From contig JACPDG010000037.1 of the NCBI GenBank assembly GCA_016184125.1, positions 107,502 through 171,501 on the forward strand: a stretch of 64,000 nucleotides of DNA, read 5' to 3'. Source of the DNA: Candidatus Rokuibacteriota bacterium (GTDB lineage: Bacteria; Methylomirabilota; Methylomirabilia; Rokubacteriales; CSP1-6). Positions 18,248 through 28,189 of this stretch are shown one piece after another (within the stretch, counting starts at the first letter, position 1; each line of letters starts with the position of its first letter). A program made the position numbers and the translations under genes. The notes beneath the pieces are model-generated. The model ran no database searches. It was given only the letters and a program-made list of their open reading frames with translations, and was not told the origin of the DNA.

Positions 18248-19440
18248 CGGACGGCGCGCGGTCGCTCGTCCTCAACGTGGACGATTACGCGCCCGGCCGC
18301 TACGCCCGGACGCAGGTCCTGCGGGGCGCGGGCTTCGACGTCGCCGAGGCCGCGTCCGGCGGCGAGACGCTGTCGCTGGCATCGCGCTGCGAGCCCGCGC
18401 TCGTGGTCCTCGACGTCAACCTCCCCGACATGAGCGGGTACGACGTCTGCCGCCGTCTCAAGGCCGATCCGCGCACCGCGATGACGCCGGTCATCCAGGT
18501 GTCGGCGACGTTCACACACGGCAGCGACCGCGCCACGGGACTCGAGGCGGGCGCCGACGCGTACCTGACGGAACCGCTGGAGCCCCGGGTGCTCCTCGCG
18601 ACCGTCGGCACCCTGCTCCGGACGAGGCAGGCGCTCGTCGAGGCGGAGAAGGCGCGCGCCGAGGCCGAAGCTGCACGCGCGGACGCGGAGCGGGCGCGCG
18701 CCGACGCCGAAGCCGCGCGCGCAGATGCGGAGGCGACCAACCGCAGCAAGGACGAGTTCATCGCGATGCTGTCCCACGAGCTGCGCGGGCCGCTCAATAC
18801 GCTCGTCGGCTGGACCCGGCTGCTCGCCTCCGGACGGCTCGAGCCGTGGAGGGAGTCCCGGGCGCTCGACGCCCTCGCCCGCAGCATCCAGGCGCTCACG
18901 CGGCTGACGGACGATCTGCTGGACGTCTCGCGGATCGTCAACGGCAAGCTGCCCCTCGACGTCCGGCCGCTCGACCTCGGCGCCGTCATCGCCGCCGCGA
19001 TCGACGGCGTCCGCGATGCCGCGGACGCGAAGGGCGTCGTGATCGGGACGTCGATCGATTCCGAGGCCACCGCGGTCGCTGGCGACGCGCACCGGCTCCA
19101 GCAGGTCGTCTGGAACCTGCTGTCGAACGCCGTGAAGTTCACGGCGCCGGAGGGCCGCGTCGACGTGCGCCTCGAGAACCACGGGCAGGAGGTCGCGATC
19201 GTCGTGGCCGACACGGGTATCGGCATCGCGCCCGAGTTCCTGCCGCACGTCTTCGAGCGCTTCCAGCAGGCGGAGAGCGGCGAGCTGCGCCACGGCGGGC
19301 TCGGCCTCGGCCTCGCCATCGTGCGCCACCTCGTGGAGGCGCACGGCGGGCATGTCCACGCTCACAGCGAGGGCGCCGGCCAGGGTGCGGCGTTCACGGT
19401 GGTGCTGCGCCGCGACGTGGCGGCGCCGCGCGCGGCCTAG
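18244..19440 (+). CDS. REC + HisKA/HATPase_c histidine kinase with Ala/Glu/Arg coiled-coil linker
   Basis: GTG start. REC domain, a tandem-repeat linker (AEAEAARADAERARADAEAARADAEA), H-box SHELRGPLN and an ATPase domain. Confidence 0.85.
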   Translation: MTDGARSLVLNVDDYAPGRYARTQVLRGAGFDVAEAASGGETLSLASRCEPALVVLDVNLPDMSGYDVCRRLKADPRTAMTPVIQVSATFTHGSDRATGLEAGADAYLTEPLEPRVLLATVGTLLRTRQALVEAEKARAEAEAARADAERARADAEAARADAEATNRSKDEFIAMLSHELRGPLNTLVGWTRLLASGRLEPWRESRALDALARSIQALTRLTDDLLDVSRIVNGKLPLDVRPLDLGAVIAAAIDGVRDAADAKGVVIGTSIDSEATAVAGDAHRLQQVVWNLLSNAVKFTAPEGRVDVRLENHGQEVAIVVADTGIGIAPEFLPHVFERFQQAESGELRHGGLGLGLAIVRHLVEAHGGHVHAHSEGAGQGAAFTVVLRRDVAAPRAA

Positions 19441-19469
19441 AACGGCCTAGGAACGACCGACCAACACAG

Positions 19470-19504
19470 CTCGGGGGGCTACGGCTGTGCCGCAACCCCC
19501 CGAG
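19470..19504. terminator. Hairpin (CTCGGGGGG-17 nt loop-CCCCCCGAG) between the REC-kinase gene and the tRNA
   Basis: 9-bp GC stem read directly from the sequence. It lies 30 nt downstream of the REC-kinase gene and 4 nt past the tRNA 3' end, so it could terminate both. Confidence 0.5.
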
Positions 19505-19507
19505 AGA

Positions 19508-19582
19508 TTGGAGCGGGCGACCGGAGTCGAACCGGCGACATCAAGCTTGGGAAGCTTGCGTTCTGCCTCTGAACTACGCCCG
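19508..19582 (-). tRNA. tRNA-Gly (anticodon CCC)
   Basis: The reverse complement folds into a cloverleaf: acceptor GCGGGCG/CGCCCGC, D-arm GTTCAGAGGCAGAAC, anticodon loop TTCCCAA, T-arm GCCGGTTCGACTCCGGT, with an encoded CCA. It is near-identical in layout to E. coli tRNA-Gly(CCC). Confidence 0.9.
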
Positions 19583-19617
19583 CTCGGCGCCCTCCATTCT
19601 ACACGAACCGGACCATG

Positions 19618-21171
19618 TTACTTGCCGTCCTTGAGCGACATGTCGTAGGCCTTGATCAGCTCGTCGCTCCGCGCCTTCCAGTTGATCCGCTTGGAGGCGC
19701 CGTAGAGGTCGAGCTGCTGGTAGAGCGGCACCGCCGGCATCTCCTCGATCCAGAGCTTGTTGATCCGGAGGTACTGCTCGCGGCGCTTCCTCTCGTCCAT
19801 GGTCGTCTGCGCCTCGTCCACGAGCCGGTTGAACTCCTCGTTGTGCCAGTTCGCGAAGATCGCCGGCGACTTGAAGAGCGGCACGTACACCGTCTCGGCG
19901 TCCATCGTCGGCGTTCCCCAGCCGATCAACCACACGGGCCCGGCCTTGTGCACGTACACCATGTTGTTGAGGTAGTTCACGAACTCGAACGTCCTCAGCG
20001 TCGTGCGGATACCGGCCTTGTGGAGCTGCCCGGTCACGGCCTCGGCGACTTCCTTGTCGCGGACGTACCGGCCCTGCGGAGCATTGAGGACGATGTCGAT
20101 GCCGTTCGGGTGCCCCGCCTCCGCGAGCAGCTTCTTGACCTTCGCGAGGTCCTGCTTGATCGGCTTCAGCGTCGCGTCGAACCCGAAGTGGAGCGGCGTC
20201 AGCATGAGCGGCGTCCGCATCGCCTTGCCGTCCAGCACGCCCTTGATGATCTCGTCCACGTCGAGCGCGTGCGCGATCGCCCGCCGCACGCGCTTGTCCG
20301 CCGTCGGGCCCCGGTACGGACCGATCGGCTTGTGCTGAGCGTCCATCTGGTGCGCGTAGATCATGAGCTGGATGGTCCGGATCGACGGCGCCGTCGACAG
20401 AAAGAGCTTCGGGTGCTTGTCGATGATAGGGGCGAGATGCGGCGGGATGTTCACGGCCAGGTCGACCTCGCCGTTCTGCAGCGCGGCGACTCGCACGGCG
20501 TCATCGGGGATCGGCCGGAAGACCACCGTCTTGATCTTCGGCGCGCCTCGCCAGTACCCCGCGTTCGCCTCGAGGACGATCTCCTCGTCCTTCGCCCAGC
20601 GCACGAACTTGTAGGGGCCGGTGCCGATCGGATTCTTCGAGATGTACGCGATGTCCTTGTCGTTGTAGGCCTTCGGCGGATACATCGCGCCGGAGACGAA
20701 GTTCATCACCGCCGAGAAGGTCGGCCACGGCTTCTTCGTGTGCACTTTCACGGTGTACGGATCGACGATCTCCACCCGGTCGATGGGCGCGAAGGATGTG
20801 GCGCCGCGGAGCTTCCCCTGACCGCCGGCGAGGCGCTCGAGGCTGAACTTGACCGACTCGGCGTTGAAGTCCTCGCCGTTGTGGAACTTCACGCCCTTGC
20901 GAAGCTTGACCTCCCACGTTGTCGGCGCGACGAGCTTCGGCATCTCGGCCGCAAGGGCGGGAACGAGCCTGAGGCTCGGGTCACGCTCGACGAGCATGTC
21001 GAAGATGTGCTTGCCGATCACGCTCGCCGGCGTCTCCGACTGATGGTGCATGTCGAGGGTCGTCGGATCGACGCCCTGCGCGATGATCACCTTCCCGGCC
21101 GGCGCAGCCCCCGCCGTGACCGGCACGAGCAGGACCGAGAGAGCGACAAACCACCGGCACCAACGAGTCAT
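19618..21171 (-). CDS. ABC transporter substrate-binding protein, family 5 (peptide/nickel/opine type)
   Basis: Signal peptide followed by an SBP_bac_5 fold (DPTTLD, KGVKFHNG). Confidence 0.85.
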   Translation of the reverse strand: MTRWCRWFVALSVLLVPVTAGAAPAGKVIIAQGVDPTTLDMHHQSETPASVIGKHIFDMLVERDPSLRLVPALAAEMPKLVAPTTWEVKLRKGVKFHNGEDFNAESVKFSLERLAGGQGKLRGATSFAPIDRVEIVDPYTVKVHTKKPWPTFSAVMNFVSGAMYPPKAYNDKDIAYISKNPIGTGPYKFVRWAKDEEIVLEANAGYWRGAPKIKTVVFRPIPDDAVRVAALQNGEVDLAVNIPPHLAPIIDKHPKLFLSTAPSIRTIQLMIYAHQMDAQHKPIGPYRGPTADKRVRRAIAHALDVDEIIKGVLDGKAMRTPLMLTPLHFGFDATLKPIKQDLAKVKKLLAEAGHPNGIDIVLNAPQGRYVRDKEVAEAVTGQLHKAGIRTTLRTFEFVNYLNNMVYVHKAGPVWLIGWGTPTMDAETVYVPLFKSPAIFANWHNEEFNRLVDEAQTTMDERKRREQYLRINKLWIEEMPAVPLYQQLDLYGASKRINWKARSDELIKAYDMSLKDGK

Positions 21172-21258
21172 GGGGCCTCCTCACGACGAGGGACGATGTC
21201 AGGCTAAGTGGTCGTTACTGTATGGAATCGGACCTCATCGGTCAAGCTGTGCCACCTG

Positions 21259-22722
21259 TCAGGCGTGCCGTCCCGCCGGCGTGCGCTCCGTCGCTTCGAG
21301 CCATGCCAGCGTCTCGTCGCGGCTCTGCACGAGTCCGAGGTCCTGCGCCTCGCGCGCCCGCCCGAGGAGGCGCCCGACCTCGGGGCCCGGCGACAACCCG
21401 AAGTGCGCCATGACGTCGCCACCGCGCACGAGCGGCGGCGCGGCCGTCGTCGTCTCGGCCTCCTGCCAGCCGGCGAGGAGCTCACGCACGACACGAGCGC
21501 GCCGCCATACGAGGAGCGGCGAGGCGCCCGTCACGGCCGCGGCGTCGACCAGCGTCAGCAGGAGCAGGTCGCGCGCGTCCCCGCCCAGGTCGCGGAAGAA
21601 CCGATAGCGCGCGCGGGGCGTGATCGGCCCGGCCTGGCCGAGGTGCATCGGACGCAGGTGATGCCGCACCAGGCGCTCCAGGAGCGCGACCACGCGCTCG
21701 GGCAGCCGCAGGCGCTCGCCGATCGCACGCACGCGCGCGGCACCGAGGAGATCGTGCTCGAAGAAGCGTACGCGTCCCTTCACCCGGCGCCGCGTCTCCG
21801 GCTTCGAGACGTCGTGGAGCAACGCGGCCAGCTTGAGGACGTGCGAGCGCTGGAAGCCGCCCCCCACCGGCTCCCGCACGTGCTCGACCAGTTCCTCGCC
21901 GAACGGGCTCAGCGCATCGAGCCGGCGCAGCAGGCGGTCGGCGCCGTCGACGGCTCGGAGCGAATGCTCGAGCACGCTGAACCGGTGCGGCGCCGGCTGC
22001 GCGGTCGCGCGCATCGGTTCGATCTCGGGCAGGATCGCGGCGAGCAGCGTCAGGGCATCGAGGCGGCGCAGCGCCCGCCCGGACGACGGGAGCCGGAGGA
22101 TGGCCAGCAGCTCGTCGCGCACGCGCTCGGCAGCGACGTCCGCGATCCGCGCCGCGACGCCGCGGATCGCCCGGATGGTGCGCGGAGCGAGCGCGAGCCC
22201 GAGCTCGGCCTCGAGCCGCCCTCCGCGGAGCGCACGGAGGGGGTCGTCGTCGAGCACGCGCGGCGACGGCAGCCGCAGACGCCGGAGCGCGAGATCCCGG
22301 AGGCCGCCGGTGGGATCCACGATCGGCGCGCGCCCGTGCGCGAGCAACGGGACGAGCGGCACGGCGAGCGCGTTGACCGTGAAGTCCCGCGCGCGCAGGT
22401 CCCCCTCCAGCGTCGTGGCCCGGAAGTCGGTGAGATCGAGGCGCGCGCGCTCGGTGACCACGCGCGCCGAGGCATGCTCGGCGTCCAGCTCCACCAACGT
22501 GCCGCCGAGCCGCTCCGCGAGGCGCCGGCCGAGCGCGAGCGCGCCATGCCGCACGGCCACGTCGAGATCGGCAGGTCCCGTCGTCGCCTCGCGCCGGCGG
22601 ACCGCGTCGCGGACGGCGCCGCCGACCAGCACCGGCTCCGTGTCTGTCGCCGCTTCCGCCACGACGCCGCCGAGCAGCGCAACGTGCGCGGCCGCGAGCC
22701 TGTCGAGCCGGAACCACCGCAT
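21259..22722 (-). CDS. CCA-adding enzyme / poly(A) polymerase-family nucleotidyltransferase with HD domain
   Basis: Start at the ATG at 22722 (MRWFRLD...). PolyA_pol head (LVGGAVRD, RDFTVNAL) and a C-terminal HD domain (LLHDVSKP). Confidence 0.75.
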   Translation of the reverse strand: MRWFRLDRLAAAHVALLGGVVAEAATDTEPVLVGGAVRDAVRRREATTGPADLDVAVRHGALALGRRLAERLGGTLVELDAEHASARVVTERARLDLTDFRATTLEGDLRARDFTVNALAVPLVPLLAHGRAPIVDPTGGLRDLALRRLRLPSPRVLDDDPLRALRGGRLEAELGLALAPRTIRAIRGVAARIADVAAERVRDELLAILRLPSSGRALRRLDALTLLAAILPEIEPMRATAQPAPHRFSVLEHSLRAVDGADRLLRRLDALSPFGEELVEHVREPVGGGFQRSHVLKLAALLHDVSKPETRRRVKGRVRFFEHDLLGAARVRAIGERLRLPERVVALLERLVRHHLRPMHLGQAGPITPRARYRFFRDLGGDARDLLLLTLVDAAAVTGASPLLVWRRARVVRELLAGWQEAETTTAAPPLVRGGDVMAHFGLSPGPEVGRLLGRAREAQDLGLVQSRDETLAWLEATERTPAGRHA

Positions 22723-23134
22723 GCGCCCAGCATACGTCCCGCGCCACGTGGACGGTGCGCCGCAGCCTCCAGATGACGCCAGCGGTCCGCGGCCGCAGTT
22801 CACGCCACACGTCGGGGGTCGCCGCACGGATCGCGTCAGGGATCGCGGCGCGGAGCGCGCCGGACGGCGCGCCGGACGGCGCGCCGGGATGCGGCGGGCA
22901 TGGCACGTCGCGGGCGGACGCGCACCGCTGACACAGCCCGGTATCCCGGTCGGGCCGCGAGACGCTTCGCGGCGGGCGTCGGGGCGCACGGCGCGCCCGT
23001 GTCCGGACGGGGCGCGGCAGGTTGACCGAGGGCGAGGCCGATCGGCGCCGCGCGGTTGCCGGGCAACGTCGCCGCGGCGTGCCGCCGCGTGATGTCCCCG
23101 GAGGCGCGCCGCCCCGCGCGCCGGCGCGCGCCGC

Positions 23135-24025
23135 CTACATCTCGATACCCTTGGCTCCGATCCGGAACTCGGCGATCTCGTCGCTCATCGCGCTGCCGCG
23201 GTGCTTGACGACGCAGAGCATGCGGGCGAGGCGGTTGCCGACGCGCTCGCTGCCCATCACGATCACCGTGTTGGCCGTGGCGCCGATGTCGCCGGTCGCG
23301 ACCTTCCGCGCCAGCAGGTCCTCCAGGCGCGTCTCCTCCGTCGTCACCAGCAGCAGTGTCGTGAGGCTCGCGTGGTCGTACCGGTGCGAATCGATGAACT
23401 CGCGGTGCTGCCACACGGGCAGGCAGATCTCCATGCCCAGCGTCTCGGCGTCGCGGTGCACGATCGTGCGGTAGACGTCGTTGAACATGTGGAACTGGAT
23501 CGAGTCGGCCGGCGAGTCCATAGGCTCGACGCCGTCCACGACGACGCGGCGCGTACCGGCCGCGAAATGGAAGTACATGAACGGCCGGACCGTGTAGAGG
23601 GCGTGGTTGTACGCCGCCTTCCAGTTCCAGTCGAACTCGAGCCCGCCGTCCGCCGTCGGGACCTGGTAGTCACGCACCCGGCCGGTCCACCGCAGCGCGT
23701 TCGAGTAATGCGCGTCCATCGCGTCCGGCGGCGGGTATGGCGACGCCATCGGCGTCACCGTGTGCGTCCACGGCGTGAGCGTCCACCGGAACAAGCGAAG
23801 CGCGTAGTCGTCGTGCTGCTGCGAGTCACCGCGCGCGTTCATGTCGAGCACGATGCCGCGGGCGCCCTCGTCGATGAGGCCCTGGCTGGCGCACGTGAGG
23901 CCGAGATGCGTCTTGCCGATGCCGGTGGCGCCGTACACGACGGCGAGCGTTCCCGGCACGAGGCCTCCGCCGAGCATATCGTCGAGCTTCGCGAGTCCAG
24001 TCGAGACGCGTGGGCTCATGGCCAT
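23135..24025 (-). CDS. KaiC-like RecA-superfamily ATPase
   Basis: Start MAMSPRVSTGLAKLDDMLGGGL with a Walker A motif GATGIGKT, typical of KaiC/RadA-like single-domain ATPases. The ORF-track extension upstream is a repeat-array translation. Confidence 0.75.
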   Translation of the reverse strand: MAMSPRVSTGLAKLDDMLGGGLVPGTLAVVYGATGIGKTHLGLTCASQGLIDEGARGIVLDMNARGDSQQHDDYALRLFRWTLTPWTHTVTPMASPYPPPDAMDAHYSNALRWTGRVRDYQVPTADGGLEFDWNWKAAYNHALYTVRPFMYFHFAAGTRRVVVDGVEPMDSPADSIQFHMFNDVYRTIVHRDAETLGMEICLPVWQHREFIDSHRYDHASLTTLLLVTTEETRLEDLLARKVATGDIGATANTVIVMGSERVGNRLARMLCVVKHRGSAMSDEIAEFRIGAKGIEM

Positions 24026-24042
24026 GAGGCGCGATTCTACAC

Positions 24043-24335
24043 CACTGATCACATGGGGGGCCCCGACATGGCCCCCCATGCCCCCCAACGCTCGGATGCG
24101 CCCCGGGAAACCCGGGGCGCACCTCGAGCTCCCGTCCGCACGAGGCCCCCGACATGGCCCCCCATGCCCCCAACGCTCGGATGCGCCCCGGGAAACCTGG
24201 GGGGGAAACCCGGGGCGCACCTCGATCTCCCGTTCGCACGGGGGCCCTACATGCCTCCCGCGGCTCCCCCGCGCTCGGCCGCGCCCGGGGGAGTGCGCAG
24301 ACGCACCCGCGAACCCCGGGGCGCGCCTCGGCCCT
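24043..24335. repeat. Tandem array (~2.5 copies) of the hairpin repeat family
   Basis: CATGGGGGGCCCCGACATGGCCCCCCATGCCCCCCAACGCTCGG... repeated. The 3' end of the ligase ORF, including its stop, lies inside this array. Confidence 0.8.
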
Positions 24336-25878
24336 TGGTGGCGAACTGCCGCTCGTAGAGTGCCGTGAGCTCCTCGAGCGTCGTCGCCTGCCCCGGCGCC
24401 TTGTCCTCACGGATCCGCGCGATGCGCGCGAAGCGAAGCGCGAGCCCCGACGGGTACGTCGGGCTCTTCTGGATCTCGTTGTACTCGACCTCGACGACGA
24501 CCTCGGGCGTGACGCGCACAGTGTACCCGTCGTCCGCGACGGCGAGCGTCCAGAGCCGGTCGGTCATCGCGGCGAATTCCGCGTCCGTCAGGCCCTTGAA
24601 GGTCTTGCCGACGTCCGCGAAGCCGTCGCCGTCGCGGACCGCGAGGTGGTAGTTCGAGAGCCAGCCGATCCGCCGCCCGGAGCCGCGGTCGGCCGCGATG
24701 ATGACGCAGTCGATCGTCTCCGCCGCCTTCAGCTTGAACCAGCGCTTCCCTCGCCCGCCGGGCTCGTAGGCGCTCGCGAGGTCCTTCGCCATGACGCCCT
24801 CGTGACCCTCGGCGAGCGCCCGGGCGCGGAATTCGAGCGCCTCGTCCCCGGTCGTCACGATTCGCCGCTCGGCCAGGAACCGCCCGCGGGTCAGCCGCGC
24901 CAGCGCGTCCCAGCGCTCGGCGTACGGGCGATCGATCAGCGGCTCGCCGTGGGCGACGAGGCAGTCGAACAGGTGGAGCGCGAGCGGCATCTCCGCGACC
25001 GCCGCCTCCACGTCGTGGATCCGTCGAAAGCGGCGCATCAGCTCCTGGAACGGCAGCGGGCGTCCTGCCGCGTCGAGAGCCACCACCTCGCCGTCAACGA
25101 TGAACGGTCCGGAGCCCAGGTCCCGGCGCGCGAGCGCGACGACGTCGGGGAGGCTGCGCGTCACGTCCGACAGCCGTCGCGTCCAGATGCCGACCCGCTC
25201 GCCGTCACGATGGAGCTGGATGCGCGCGCCGTCGTACTTGAACTCGAGCGCGGTCCGGCCGCCGTGCACCGCGAGCACCTCGGCGAAGTCCGTCGCGATC
25301 TCGGCCAGCATCGGCAGCAGCGGGACGAACGGCCGCGGCCGGACGCTCGCGAGCGCCTCCGCACCGCCGCGCGCGAGGAGCGCCGCGACCGCGGACAGGT
25401 CGCCGAGGAAGAGGGCGGCGCGCCGGATGGCCGAGAGGTCCGCGCCGGCCATCTCGGCCAGCGCCTCGAGCACCACGCCCTCGCTCACGCCCGTCCGCAT
25501 CTCGCCGCCGATGATGCGTGCGAGGATTTCGCGCTGGTCATCGGAGGCGCGCCGCGCGAGCGCGCGCAGTCGCTGCTCCCTGCCCCGCCGCGAGCCCGAG
25601 CCCGTCGCGTCGGCCACGGCGGCGAATGCCGCGAGCACGTCGTCGATCATGAGCGGCTGGCCCCCCTCGTGACCCTCCGCTCCCGGCAGCCCACGCACAC
25701 CGAGCACCCGAGGATCGGACGGCGGGAACGGCCGGCCGGTGAGGAACGCCACGGCGGTACCGACTTCCGCGGGATCGAGGGAGCCGAGGAACGTGGCGGT
25801 GAGCCGGCGCTTGTCGAGGCGCCCCGGCGTCGTCGAAAGTCGCCGGCACAGTGCGACGAAGTCCGCGAACGGTGTCAC
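24247..25878 (-). CDS. ATP-dependent DNA ligase (Lig/Dnl1-like)
   Basis: Adenylation motif I EFKYDGARIQ, an OB domain and the DNA_ligase_A_N region. The last ~30 aa (KGRGAPRGSRVRLRTPPGAAERGG...) are encoded by repeat sequence. Confidence 0.85.
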   Translation of the reverse strand: MTPFADFVALCRRLSTTPGRLDKRRLTATFLGSLDPAEVGTAVAFLTGRPFPPSDPRVLGVRGLPGAEGHEGGQPLMIDDVLAAFAAVADATGSGSRRGREQRLRALARRASDDQREILARIIGGEMRTGVSEGVVLEALAEMAGADLSAIRRAALFLGDLSAVAALLARGGAEALASVRPRPFVPLLPMLAEIATDFAEVLAVHGGRTALEFKYDGARIQLHRDGERVGIWTRRLSDVTRSLPDVVALARRDLGSGPFIVDGEVVALDAAGRPLPFQELMRRFRRIHDVEAAVAEMPLALHLFDCLVAHGEPLIDRPYAERWDALARLTRGRFLAERRIVTTGDEALEFRARALAEGHEGVMAKDLASAYEPGGRGKRWFKLKAAETIDCVIIAADRGSGRRIGWLSNYHLAVRDGDGFADVGKTFKGLTDAEFAAMTDRLWTLAVADDGYTVRVTPEVVVEVEYNEIQKSPTYPSGLALRFARIARIREDKAPGQATTLEELTALYERQFATKGRGAPRGSRVRLRTPPGAAERGGAAGGM

Positions 25879-25943
25879 CCGGCCATTGTATCGGCCCCCG
25901 CGATTACTTGACCGGCGGGCGGGCGCCGCCCTACCTTCGCCTC

Positions 25944-27809
25944 ATGCTGCGTCGGGTGCTCTACGACCCGGGCGCCTGGTCTGCGGCCGCCGCGGCGACG
26001 CTGCTCGCCGGCGACTTCGACGTGCGGCCGCTTCCGGATGGACACCCGGCCGATGCCTCGGTCGTCATCCTGGTTGGAGCCGACTGGACCTCCGCCGCCG
26101 CGCCGAACGAGCGCGTGATCGGGCTCGTCGATCTCCGGGAGCCGCGCCCGTGGCCGGACGCATGGCACGCGCTCCTGCCCGAGCACCCCGGAGGTCCCGC
26201 GCTCGGCAAGGCCGTCCGCAACGCGTTCGCGGATCTCGAGGCCGCGGCGGACCGCGGTCGCCTCGAGCGGGAACTCTCCGAGCTGAACGCGATCGGCATC
26301 CGGCTCTCGTCGGAGCGGGACCCCCACGTGCTCCTCGAGCTGATCCTCCACAAGGCGCGCGAGATCACGCACAGCGACGCCGGCTCGCTGTACCTCATCG
26401 AGGACGACGACCGCGATGGACGGAGGCTGCGCTTCGCCCTCGCCCAGAACGACAGCCTGGCCGTCCCGTTCGAGACCACCACATTGCCGCTGTCCTGCGA
26501 GAGCCTCGCCGGATGGGTGGCGCTCGAGGGCGCTTCGCTGCACCTCGACGACGCGTACGCGCCGCCCGCAGACGCGCCCTTCCGCATCAATCGCTCGTTC
26601 GACGAGCGGACCGGCTACCGCACCAAGTCCATGCTCGTCGTCCCCATGCGGACGCCGCAGGGCGAGACGATCGGGGTCCTGCAGCTCATCAACTGCAAGC
26701 CCCGGTTCTCGATGACCCTGGCCAGCCGCGCGGCAACCGAGCGGGTCGTCCAGCCGTTCAGCGCGCGCTTCGTCGCCCTCGCCTCGTCCCTCGCGTCGCA
26801 GGCCGCGGTGGCGCTCCAGAACAGCCGGCTCTACGAATCGATCCAGCGGCTGTTCGACGGCTTCGTGCAGGCGTCGGTGGTCGCGATCGAGTCGCGCGAC
26901 CCCACGACCGCCGGTCACTCGTTCCGCGTGGCGGAGCTCGCCGTGGGTCTCGCGGAAGCTGCCGACCGCACCGTCCAGGGAGCGTACGCCGCGCTGACGT
27001 TCACCGCCTCCGACCTGATGGAGCTGCGCTACGCCTCGCTGCTCCACGACTTCGGCAAGGTCGGCGTGCGCGAGCACGTGCTCCAGAAGGCCAAGAAGCT
27101 GTCGCCCGAGGCGCTCGAGCGGATCCTCGGCCGCGTCGAGGCGCTCAGGCGCGGTCTGGAGATCGCGTCCACGCGGCGGAAGCTCGCCCTCGTCCTCGAC
27201 AAGGGCGTGCAGGATTATCACGCGCAGGCGCCGTCACTCGACGCGGAGCTCGAGGCCGCACTCGCCGACCTCGACCTGAGCCTCTCGCGAGTCCTCGCCG
27301 CGAACGAGCCGACCGTGCTGCCGCACGACACCCGCCAGGAGATCAGGCGACTCGCGGCCGCGCGCATCGACGATCCCCACGATGGTCCCGTGCCCATCCT
27401 CACCGCCGCGGAGGCCGAGATCCTCGCCATCCCGCGCGGAAGCCTCACACCCGAGGAGTTCGACGAGATCCGCTCTCACGTCGTCCACTCCTGGGAATTC
27501 CTGGTCCGCATCCTGTGGACGCGCGAGTTCCGGCGCATCCCGGAGATCGCGCGCTCCCATCACGAGAAGCTCGATGGCTCGGGCTACCCGGGGCGGCTTC
27601 GGGCCGACGAGATCCCCGTCCAGTCACGTATCATGACGATCGCGGACATCTACGACGCGCTCACCGCGTTCGACCGCCCCTACAAGCCGTCCGTCTCTCC
27701 GGAGAAGGCGCTCGACATCCTGCGCGACGAGCAGCGCCTCGGTCTCATCGACGGCGACCTGCTGGACCTCTTCATCGGCGCCGGCATCTGGCAGCGTCGG
27801 AGCGTGTGA
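25944..27809 (+). CDS. GAF + HD-GYP domain protein (c-di-GMP phosphodiesterase family)
   Basis: Start ATG at 25944. A GAF domain is followed by HD-GYP motifs (LLHDFGKVGV, HHEKLDGSGYP). Confidence 0.8.
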   Translation: MLRRVLYDPGAWSAAAAATLLAGDFDVRPLPDGHPADASVVILVGADWTSAAAPNERVIGLVDLREPRPWPDAWHALLPEHPGGPALGKAVRNAFADLEAAADRGRLERELSELNAIGIRLSSERDPHVLLELILHKAREITHSDAGSLYLIEDDDRDGRRLRFALAQNDSLAVPFETTTLPLSCESLAGWVALEGASLHLDDAYAPPADAPFRINRSFDERTGYRTKSMLVVPMRTPQGETIGVLQLINCKPRFSMTLASRAATERVVQPFSARFVALASSLASQAAVALQNSRLYESIQRLFDGFVQASVVAIESRDPTTAGHSFRVAELAVGLAEAADRTVQGAYAALTFTASDLMELRYASLLHDFGKVGVREHVLQKAKKLSPEALERILGRVEALRRGLEIASTRRKLALVLDKGVQDYHAQAPSLDAELEAALADLDLSLSRVLAANEPTVLPHDTRQEIRRLAAARIDDPHDGPVPILTAAEAEILAIPRGSLTPEEFDEIRSHVVHSWEFLVRILWTREFRRIPEIARSHHEKLDGSGYPGRLRADEIPVQSRIMTIADIYDALTAFDRPYKPSVSPEKALDILRDEQRLGLIDGDLLDLFIGAGIWQRRSV

Positions 27810-27831
27810 ACGCGTCGGATGGTCGGAGCCT

Positions 27832-28189
27832 GCGAACGAATCGCGTGATCGAGGAGCGCCACGGCTTTGCCGGGTGCGTCCGCGCACCGCCCGCGGCGCT
27901 CCGAGCGCGGGGCCGGGGGAGTCCGAGGGGAGCGCGAGCGAGCCCCCTTCATACGAGTGTCGGGGGCTTCGCTAGTCCCCCCATGAAGTGGAGCCCGTGA
28001 CCGAATCCGCTGCCCGAGCCGCGCCCCGGGTCCCCCGGGGCGCGTGCGAGCGTGGGGGGTTTGGGGGGCTTCGCTGGTCCCCCCATGAAGTGGAGCCCGT
28101 GACCGAATCCGACGCCCGAGCCGCGCCCCGGGTCCCCCGGGGCGCGTGCGAGCGTGGGGGGTTTGGGGGGCTTCGCTGGTCCCCCCATG
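27832..28189. repeat. Tandem array of the hairpin repeat family, inverse orientation
   Basis: Two near-identical ~120-bp units (..CCCCCCATGAAGTGGAGCCCGTGACCGAATCC..) plus a partial unit. They are the reverse complement of the CATGGGGGG units elsewhere. Confidence 0.8.

Noticed and set aside
19508-19582. Whether the tRNA marks an integration site of a genomic island (EPS locus).
   Set aside because: No integrase, direct repeat of the tRNA 3' end, or compositional shift was seen nearby. The tRNA appears to be simply chromosomal.
24043-24335. Tandem direct-repeat arrays (also at 27832-28189, 61688-61985 and 62917-63240) that superficially resemble CRISPR arrays.
   Set aside because: The units are ~110-125 bp and abut each other with no unique spacers. 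They carry internal hairpins, occur singly and inverted elsewhere, and no cas genes are present. They are REP/MITE-like repeats, not CRISPR.
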